DNA of 64,000 bases, from contig CM022672.1 in NCBI GenBank assembly GCA_012295275.1, positions 28,892,001 through 28,956,000 on the forward strand, in the 5' to 3' direction. The notes under the pieces are model-generated. The model was not told the origin of the DNA, did not search any database, and saw only the letters and a list, made by a program, of their open reading frames with translations. The translations under genes and the position numbers were made by a program. Positions 54,058 through 64,000 of this stretch are shown piece by piece (within the stretch, counting starts at the first letter, position 1; each line of letters begins with the position of its first letter). This DNA comes from Chrysomallon squamiferum (lineage: Eukaryota > Animalia > Mollusca).

Positions 54058-56324
54058 TTCAGAGTTCTTCGGAGATGTTAAACAAACGTTCAACATGTGT
54101 TTATACGGCTGTAAAACATGAAAGGTACTGAAATTACAACAAAGAACCCATATTCACCATTACCTAAACATTATTAAAATCTCCTCGTGGTGGCGAAAAT
54201 GAGCTGCAGGCACAGTACACTCAGTGATCTTAAGTAATTACAAATTTGTTCACAACTTTCTGGAAACTGTTAAGGGGATAAAAGGCAGAACAGACAGAGG
54301 CAATGACGAGCTATAAAAGATGACGTCATGAGATTTGTTTTAACTCTTTAAACATTTTACAAAACGCCTCATAAAGTTAAATAAAAAAGTCAAAGATCAG
54401 TTTCATTACAATGGCTACTTAACTCGAATAATACTTTTTGAAATGTTAAACCATCCATTACTTAAAAATATTCTTATTTAAAAATAATAATAATAAAATA
54501 AAATAAAATAACAACAACAAATAATTAATTAATTAATAAAAATAAACAATATTACGACAGAAATATTTAACATAGAAATAAGAGGAAGTGCGACCAAATG
54601 TTTCTTTACGATGCTTATCTCTTCCGTTTTAATAACGAAAATCATTTTTTTGTTTTTAAAAAGAATAAGAAAATGAAGTATCCTTCCACAATGATGTATC
54701 AAATCTGTCCTGAAGTAAATGGATATAAATAAGTAAACAATAATACAAATAATAAATACATAGCAACAAAATTAGTAAACTAGAATTATAATAAAGAAAT
54801 AACTAGTATAAACAAATTAAATAATGTTTACTACATAAAAGAAATGATCTATCCCGAAATAAACAAATAACGATGAAATTCTAATAAATATATTTGTTAA
54901 ATCATGTTTATTTCACAGTATATAAACTATTCAAATTAATGAAAAGTTTATTTATAACGTAGTTTTTAATTATAATTATTTTATATAAATTAAAAACTGA
55001 CAATACATAATTTCAAAATACCGAACAAATAAGACATGACAACTGACATGTACATTATGCATATAGATAACAGTGTGGAAGGATCTAGAAGGAAGTGGCC
55101 AGACTGAGATGTCAACTTACACTGACATTCACCTATTCCTTCCTGCACTTAGCGTGTCACGCTGGACTATATCAGGCATGTTGTCATTTTAGCTTTATAT
55201 CCAGCTCTTATCTCTCTATATATGTTTTGTTTTGTTTATTTATTTATTTACTTATATTATTTTATTTTAAATTATTTTATTTTAATTTAACTTAATTTAA
55301 TTAATTTATTTATTTAAGTTTTTAATAGTAAGCAATTTTATAAATTTAAATCCCTCTCCTCCTCTCCCTTCTCCTACGTGATATTATCAGATATTAACAC
55401 ATATGTTTTATTATAATAATATTGTTTTTACGTTACATTTTTCTTTTAAAGTGTCGCCTAATATATAACATCTCTTAGGTAATAAATAACCATACCAATG
55501 TACAGGAATTTAAGTTAAGGATAAATTATTGGGTTTTTTTGTTGTTGTTTTTTTGTTGTTTTTTTTCTCTCTCTCTTTTTTTCACGAATTGTTAAACATA
55601 GGTTTTTTGAAACTTTTTCTTTCCAGAAGATCTTTTCCTTAGAAAATAAGGAAATATTTCAGTCATTATTTAAAAAATAAATAAATAAATTATTTTAACA
55701 ATTGACTAAAATTTACATATTGTGCAAAGATAAATAGTAATATATTATTTAAAACAAACAAACAAAATAATAGAAATAAAAATGTACATTTTAATTTACA
55801 TAAAACCGTTTATAACTCCAAAATACAAAACGCTTTTCATATTTTTAAACTTTTGTACGATATACCATTTTTATAATAATATAGAAAAACAAATATTACA
55901 GATCAACGTGTTTCTAAAAATTATAAAATAGCACGTATACGTATTTTAATGAAGTGAAAAATATATATATATATATATATTTAATTCAACACAAGTAACT
56001 GCTATATATATTTCTGCAGTAATTCATTCGATTATTATTTTCTTAGTGATTATATTCCGGCCGTTATGTCATTATTATCCTTTGTGTTTGAACAAACAAA
56101 TAAATACTGAAATTAAAGAGAAAGAAAAGAAAATATCTGAGAAAAATGTTGCTCTGAAGACGTATTACGTTCAAAACGATTTTGTTGGCTAAGGAAACAC
56201 ATTCATGAAAAGCAGAAAATGTTCATGATACAGTTTTATAAATAATAATAATAATAATAATAATAATCATAGTAATATCGTAACAATATATAATATTAAT
56301 AGTAGTAGTTGTAGTAGTAATAAC

Positions 56325-56361
<37 letters not shown>

Positions 56362-56735
56362 CATCATGAAACAAATTTAATTCTGATGACCTTACGTAGA
56401 ATAAAGGAAACGGATAACTTTCATAAAGCTGATATTTTCTCACGGGATATTAAACCAATATACGCTTGATTGAATCAGTGTTTTGAAAAAGTGTTACAAT
56501 ACTTTACAGAAAAATTTTCATTTAGGCTTATACATAAATCAGACAATTATTCCCATACGTTCTGCAAATTAAAAGATACTTGAAGACAATCTTCTTTTTT
56601 CTAAATCACATAAACACACACACGGCCGAGTGGTTTTTACAAACTCAGAAATGAACACGCATGTTTAAAAGCAACCCCAATGAAGATTATGGGATATTTG
56701 AATTCAAACGGATTTTCTTTTTTTTCAGTTTATTT

Positions 56736-57121
56736 TCAGTGTATCCAGAAAAAGTGATTGTATCCTGTAATAGGTATCGATGGATATATAACAGGCCTGA
56801 TGATGTCAGAAGGGTTGTACAAGCGTTTGCCATCTTTCACTAGCAAAGTGATTGCGGCTTTTTTAGCACTGGCTGCTAGAGCTTGTTCTTGCTGAAGTTG
56901 TCGTCTCTTTGTTTTGTATCTACGATTCTGAAACCAAATTTTCACCTGAGTTTCTGTTAGCTTCAACGATAACGCTAAATCAGTTCTTTCCGGTCCGGAC
57001 AAATAACGCTGATGTCGAAATCTCCGTTCCAGTTCGAAAACCTGTCCGTGCGAAAATGAGGCTCTTGACCTCTTTTTTCTTGCTTTATGTTGATTCATAT
57101 TCTTTTGATCAGGCATTACTT
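56736..57121 (-). CDS. NKX3-2: NK3/bagpipe homeobox protein, exon 2 (homeodomain, NK2-specific domain, Tyr-rich tail)
   Basis: Minus-strand acceptor ttattttacag| at 57122. Homeodomain [60 protein letters not shown] carries NK-type Tyr54 and is close to Nkx3-2/Bap. NK2-SD-like [18 protein letters not shown] at 56738-56736. The symbol means the NK3 pro-ortholog of vertebrate NKX3-1/3-2. Confidence 0.96.
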
Positions 57122-58230
57122 CTGTAAAATAAATGCAAAATATTATCATGATAATAATTAAATATGTATTTTGTCTTCTACTACTACTAGTACCAAGAAC
57201 AGCACCTATTCCGATAACAATAACTACAACAATAATAATAATAATAATAACTGTTATTATTCTGATATTGCTGTTGCTGTTTTATTCTTCCAATCTTAAT
57301 GTTATTTTTATTATAATTTTAGTATGCATAGTTATTGTAATTAGGCAGTACCAAACAGAGCTGCTAATAGGTTATGAAATAAAATTAACATTTTCAACTG
57401 TTATTTGCATTGGTATTTCTCCTTGCTAAACACTTTGATCTAAAATTTTATTTCCTATTTTCGATATAATTCGACGAAAATGTACTGTTGAAAAATGTCG
57501 GAAGTATACTTTCATAGTATATGTGATGCCGAGTTAATTTCTTGTTTTTTTGCTTTCATTTTACCACTAAGTGTTTTATAGGAAGAAATAAGATGCTTAG
57601 TATTCGTAATACACTTTTGCAGTTTTCACTATTTTACAATATTTTCCGAAGTGCGACAGAAATTTGTTAGAAACTGTTTAATGAACATATCCATCTGAAG
57701 TCATCAGCTGTAATACCTACAGAGTGAAATACACGACCTTCATTTGTTAGTATCACAGGATTATTATTCAGATTATTATTATTATTGTTGTTGTTGTTGT
57801 TGTTTAAATATTGTTTTATTTATTATTATCGCTTCTTTTTTATTTTTTTTATTTGTGCTTTTATTTTTTCATTCTGTGTTGTCTGTTGATTTCAGATTTC
57901 TGTCTTCTGCATTTAAAGAGATAAAAAAATTCCAGAATTTGAAAGTATTCAAAAAGACTTAAAAACAAAAACAAAAAACAAAAAACAAAAAATGAAAGCA
58001 CAACAAAAAGAACCCTCAGAAAAAATAAGACTATCAACAACAACAACAAAAATTGATTAAAACAGAGCCTTGAAATAATGTTTTGTTTTATTTTATGAAT
58101 GACTATCAAATGTGTCCATTTTTGTTCATTCATTTGTTTTGATACACATGTATATATTTTGTATGGAACTATTTATTATAACGTAGGACGAATGGATTTT
58201 CTTTATGTTTGTTGTATTTTATAGTTTGTT

Positions 58231-58291
<61 letters not shown>

Positions 58292-58638
58292 TGCATATAT
58301 ACACACTCAACTTACTTTGAAAAAAATGATATATAAATATTCATCGTTTACGTTACAAGAAATAATTACACAGCAACAAGAACGACAACAACAACAACAA
58401 CAATAATAATTATATTAACTATATATATTTTGAAAAATATTACCAAATAAAATTCCACTTATAGTGTATTTTTATTAATTCAAATTTTACGCATCATTAA
58501 AACAGTTTTAAAAAAGAAAAAGAGGGTTGAAAAAAGTAAAATAATCTATGCGGTTATTCCCTATTTTCAACAAAACTCAAAATGTTTTTAAAAAACTGTC
58601 CGCTCTCTCGACAAAGAAGTTAATATCGATCTCAGAGC

Positions 58639-59098
58639 AATTGTCAGACATGAGACTGTTATCGGAATAATTGTCAGACATAAGACTTTTATGTCGGAAT
58701 AATTGTCAGACATGAGACTGTTATGTCGGAATAATTGTCAGACATAAGACTGTTATGTCGGAATAATTGTCAGACATGAGACTGTTATGTCGGAATAATT
58801 GTCAGACATGAGACTGTTATGTCGGAATAATTGTCAGACGTGAGACTGTTATGTCGGAATAATTGTCAGACATGAGACTGTTATGTCGGAATAATTTGAC
58901 TGTTAGACGGAATAATTGTCAGACATGAGACTGTTATGTCGGAATAATTGTCAGACATGAGACTGTTATGTCGGAATAATTGTCAGACATGAGACTGTTA
59001 TGTCGGAATAATTGTCAGACATAAGACTGTTATGTCGGAATAATTGTCAGACATGAGACTGTTATGTCGGAATAATTGTCAGACATGAGACTGTTATG
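58639..59098. repeat. 32-bp minisatellite (~14 copies) in the NK3 intron
   Basis: Unit aattgtcagacatgagactgttatgtcggaat is near-identical across copies, with one truncated unit at ~58895. Confidence 0.95.
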
Positions 59099-59506
59099 CT
59101 TTTATTTTGAGAGGGGTTCAGTAAACAAGAAAGAAAGAAAAATCAGAAGCTAGAAATATCGTTCATTAAAAAAATTAAAATTTAAACTGTATATATATTC
59201 AAATGTCTGTCATTTTCCAAACATTTTCTTTCTTTACTTTATATAACAAAACAACAAATACAGCAATAAATATGTAATAATTAAAATATTAAAGAAAAAG
59301 AAATAAAATCACTATCCATTCATATATTTATTATCTTTTTATTATTATTGTTGCTGTTGTTGTTGTTGTTGTTGCTGCTGCTGTTATTGTTACTTAATTA
59401 ATTATCAATTTATTTATTTAATTTGTTTTTGTTTCGATATGCAAAACAAATCAAACAAACAAACAGAAACAATAAATAATTAAAATGAAATAAAAATAAA
59501 TAAAAA

Positions 59507-59544
<38 letters not shown>

Positions 59545-60481
59545 CATAAAAATAAATATTCTATCAAAATGGACATGATTATGTCAACATACAGGGGGAG
59601 ATCTATAAGGTATACAGTAATGACTGCAGTTATTTTGGAAAGTTAAATGATTTTATTGTAGATTGTATGCATATTCATAATGGAATAATAATTACGGACA
59701 CATCTGATAACATAGTAATTGTAGAAAGTAATAGAAGCAGTAACATTTAACTATCAATCTTTATATTTAAAAAAAATTATTTTAGTTACACATACCGACA
59801 TTTCAGGTAATATCTTTACATTCTACAAAATAATACATAATATTTACAGGGTTTTTTTTATTATTGAACGAAGCACATTTGAATTTATTCGTAGTTATTA
59901 TGCATTTAATTATATTGCAGTTTATAGTGACTTATTTTTTATTATTATTACTCATGTTGCTAATGTTTTTATTAATATTAATGGTTGTTAACTTCATTCA
60001 GGAATTTTAAACGAACAGCTATTATTATTATAATAATAATAATAATAATAATACTTTCTTTTTAATATTAAAGTTATTTCATAGAAGAAATTAGAAGCCT
60101 ACTCTCCTCCAAAGAAAATACTAAAATAACAAAACAAAACAAAAAACAACGAGAAAGAGGAATATATATAAATAATAAAATAAATAAATAAAAATATAAA
60201 ACATTAATATTAATAATAATAATAATAATAATAAATACAAATAATAATAATAGTAATGGTAGTAATAGATGTAGTAGTGGTAGTAGCAGTAGCAATAGTA
60301 ATGGTAGTAATAGTATTTTATGTTTTCTTTCTTTTGGTAAAAAATTTGATTGTTTTGTGTTGAGATTTAAATGCTTGTAATTAACATATTTCTAATGTTT
60401 TACTTCATAACGAGGTTGTGATGCAAGAAGTTTGATATTTATTATGTGTGTACGTATTAATTAATATCTGACTCGACTCAC

Positions 60482-60905
60482 CTGTTAAATCGTCAGTTTC
60501 ACCTTCCTCTGTGTCGCTGGTATCATGGGAACTGTCCCTGGTGACGTCCTGGGAGGCAGGGGCTGAGTAGGCAACATAACCCTCTTGATCACAGCAACCA
60601 TACGTCAACATGTCTGTGTGGTGATCAGAGGATTTTTCTGTTAATTTCAGACGTAGATCTAGCCCCTGTAACTGTTCGTTGTCTTCAGCATCTACGTCTG
60701 TTCTTTTAATTTCACTATCAGATACGTCGTGTTCGTCGTAGATTTTAAAACGACTTTTTCGCTCTTTATTGTTGCAAACAGACGAAGTTTCAACAAGTTC
60801 CTGACTTTTTTCAGTGTTTTTCTCTGCAGATTTATCTTTGTCCGATGTAAGAATATTGACAATTGAAAAAGCTGTCAGAGCTGTCGGCTGCTGTTCGGAA
60901 TCCAT
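60482..60905 (-). CDS. NKX3-2: NK3/bagpipe homeobox protein, exon 1; spliced CDS 424+386 nt = 269 aa
   Basis: ATG at 60905. TN/eh1 motif LTAFSIVNIL near the N-terminus, then an acidic region. Donor ACAG|GTGAGT at 60482/60481 (phase 1) joins exon 2 in frame (G+AA = Glu). Confidence 0.9.
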
Positions 60906-61074
60906 CAGATAAAAAACTGAAGAAATACACCGTCTGCCAGAAACTGTCCCGTCACACTCTTACAAGAATCCTTGAAAACATCCTCGTTTTGATTATTATC
61001 ACTGACTTCTGTCCAATGTTTTAACACTTTTTAAACATCATACATTACAGCGCTGCTTAACACAACCTGGATAA

Positions 61075-61175
61075 TTTGCTGCAAATTGGGCGTGACAGAT
61101 AAGAGGACCGCCCCAACAGATTTCAAGCCTCGGTATAGCTTTCGCTATATGATTGGCAGCCAGAGACGTGTCGAC
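61075..61175 (-). promoter_or_regulatory. Putative NK3 proximal promoter
   Basis: CpG-enriched patch 170-270 bp upstream of the ATG, with two minus-strand CCAAT boxes (attgg at ~61086 and ~61152) and a GC box (ccgcccc, ~61108). The start site is not determined. Confidence 0.45.
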
Positions 61176-61464
61176 AGTTCAATAAAGAAAACTGTTTTGG
61201 GAATGCGTTTGTCAGTTTATAAGTGTACAAATTGTGCGTGCGCCTAACCATCATTTTATATTTGTCTAAATTTTTCTTAAATCTATTTAAAAAAAATTCC
61301 ATTCAAGCCTGTGTTCGGATTATCATGACGAGTCGCGGGTTCAATCCTTGTATCAGGACACACATCATTTTTTTTCACCACAAGTACAGGGTGTATCCTT
61401 TCTTGTATAATCATTCAAAAGTTTTATCTGAAAATTAAACTGAGATTTGGCAAACGTCTTTTTT

Positions 61465-61525
<61 letters not shown>

Positions 61526-64000
61526 GAATAAGAAGAAGAAAGAGAACAACAACAACAACGACATTACTAACAACAAAAAAGTTAATTACAGAGGTTAATC
61601 AAGAAATAAAAGTGATTTTGCTATCTAACTGGTTAGTTTTTGAATGTGATAATTACTTTATATCTTTCAAAAACTGAGAAATGATCTGCTGTATTTATGG
61701 TTATTTATTTCAGTATGTAGACCACCCTATTTGTCACAATGCATAAAGAAGTGTGAAATGGGAAAATGATATTTCAGCAATTAAACTTCTAGCAAGAGAA
61801 ATGTGTTTTGTTTTTATGTTTAGCCAAAGAAACACAGCTAATAAAAGCCTACTGGGCATTTCCATTGAACTTCGCGGATCTTTACCAGATGTTATTTCAG
61901 TTACAAGTTAGAAGGTTGAATTTCAGTATGTATTTTTTTTTTATTTCACTTTGTATCAAATATATTCAAACTAAATTTAGTTAACAAAAACATATTTTAA
62001 TGAATAAACAAGTAAAAATAGCATAAAAAAACAAACAAAAAAAACAATCAAACAAAAACATATAAGTAAATAAATAGACAAATAAACAAATAAACAAAAA
62101 AACCCAACAATAAACATCAACCAAAAAAATAAAAACCCAACAAAAACAAACATATAAATAAACAATTGAAATAAACAAAGAAAAAATATAATAAAGTGAA
62201 ATGAGAGAAAGAAAGAAAAACGTAATAGTGTGTATGAGTGAAAGTGTATTGGGATTACATATTCTTTTTGTGGTTTTTTTACGAAAACAAACATGCATAC
62301 ACATACATGAACTTATATACTTTTATACAAACACACACACAAAAAAAAAAATATTCACATATGCTATGAATGTAAGTACATCTACAAAATATAAATATAT
62401 AATAAATAATAAATATTAGTACTATTTATATCTCAACATAATTATAAAAGTCAGTTTCAATAAAAAAAAATATTAACAATTTTAAACAATTTTAAATTGT
62501 ATTTATTTTTTAATCGACTAATATTATTTATAAAATTAAAACAATATATATATTAATTAAATGTATATATATATATATATTACATTTAATTAAAATTTCA
62601 AATATATTATTATAATGTTATTATTATTGTTGTTGTTGAATTTTTTGTCATTTTGTATGTTTGTAGGTTTGTGTTTTTTCTTTAACGATGTTATTTGTGT
62701 GTAATTTAAAAAAAAAAATTTTTTAAGAACTATATCATTTCCACTTTGAAAAATAATTAGACTGTTAGTAACGTGTCAGAAAAACACTCTGCCTAAATAC
62801 TGTCTAGCAGTAATTTATTATGTATACAGCAGTCAACTAGCTGTTCAAGTACGCTTGACATGGGACAGGTTCTGATTTGCTAAAGAGTTATGAACGAGTC
62901 AGGTACACGTTCCTCGTAATCAACTGTTTCTATTTTCTTCTTGGAGCAGAAAGTTTGTGTACTCGGGAAGGAGGCAGAGAAACTATTATCTCAACTCCCA
63001 CTCCTTGACATTGTTCTTGCAAACTATTATCTAGACAACTGCTTCCAGATGATTCCATAAGAATCTCTCGCTGAAGCGACATTTGGGCAGAGTTAGCACG
63101 GGGAGTGAGATAAACAGAAGTCCCAATTACTGAAAACTGTAGGAAAACTTTTCTTTTTAGCTTGTTCCGGTTATTTCTTTGCCCTTTTCAAAAAGAAACA
63201 TAAAAGGTTTATCATAACAGTAGATGAATATAAAATTTCCCTATCAGTGATCACGAGGTATCGCAGTGCTGCTCACTTTGTCTAATTATGTTCTGTGGCT
63301 GCATTCATTGCTCTGCGTTTTATTAAGTGTTTCTGAAAAAAAAAAAAAAATCGCTTCTTACCCCAGTTCGCAAAACTATCTCGAGGCGGATTCAACTGCC
63401 AACATTTTCCACATGCGCGTTTCTGTTTAATCTATTATGAAATCATAAAAAAATAATAAATAAAAAAATAAAAAGATGAAGAAGAAAAAAGGCATTGTCA
63501 TTTGTAATAAAGTTTAAATGCTGATGTTATCATTAGTTTTCTGTTCTAGGATGCTGTAGTAAGATTGTTGTACTGAGAAAGAAAGAAAGTGAGAGAAAAA
63601 AAAAAAACGACAAGTATGTGTATATGCGTGTGTGCGTATGTGTGTTTAAATAAGTGTATGTTTTACAAATAAATCCAGGACTGTAGCTGTACTTCGAGTA
63701 ACCCCTGCAATAAGTGTGGTTTTACAAGATTTGTAAAACATGCGTTTTGACGAGAGACGTGTACGCGGAGATTCACAAATCTGAGCACAGCTTTACGGAA
63801 AAGCGTTCAAGAATAGCTGTAAAATTTACACCAGCCACGCAGCAGTATTTATTCTGGAATAAGTAGATACAGTTTCACCTTCTCTTTTACTTAACATCCT
63901 TTTGAGTGTTTCGAAAAATCAGGTACTGACAGGCCGCCGTCGTTAATGTGAAATCCGCCAGTTTCACGTGATTTACGTGTCGTCTGTCAACGCTTTGATG

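Noticed and set aside
60405-60481. ORF-track extension of NK3 exon 1 to 60405, and of exon 2 to 57149
   Set aside because: These are intronic read-through. Canonical splice sites at 60481 and 57122 give an in-frame join.
61305-61360. tRNA or tRNA-derived SINE head (ggttcaatcc B-box-like)
   Set aside because: No cloverleaf and no clear A box or SINE body. Too weak to call.

Overview
AT-rich animal genomic DNA, probably an invertebrate and plausibly a mollusc or other lophotrochozoan (inferred from gene content and repeat style). Three host protein-coding genes are supported: the 3' end of a C2H2 zinc-finger gene (2-358, +), a three-exon PRELID1/Ups1 gene (4704-5987, +, 212 aa) and a two-exon NK3/bagpipe (NKX3-2-like) homeobox gene (60905-56736, -, 269 aa). 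The main non-genic feature is a young, CpG-rich 11.1-kb tandem array (about 10839-21983) of 29 monomers of ~379 bp. Its two monomer types are nearly identical except for one ~86-bp indel-free cassette, and they form an irregular B-A1-A2 higher-order pattern. The monomer has AP-endonuclease-like motifs and runs directly into a decayed I-group LINE. That LINE occurs as four same-strand fragments within an older tandem duplication (22-30 kb). Also present are an internally deleted Tc1/mariner element inserted in a 29-bp minisatellite, several other minisatellites, two inverted-repeat pairs and many microsatellites. I found no CRISPR, rRNA or tRNA, and no clearly new functional system. The best leads are the origin and architecture of the array and the PRELID1-NK3 linkage. 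All protein family calls are motif recognition by eye, not database searches.
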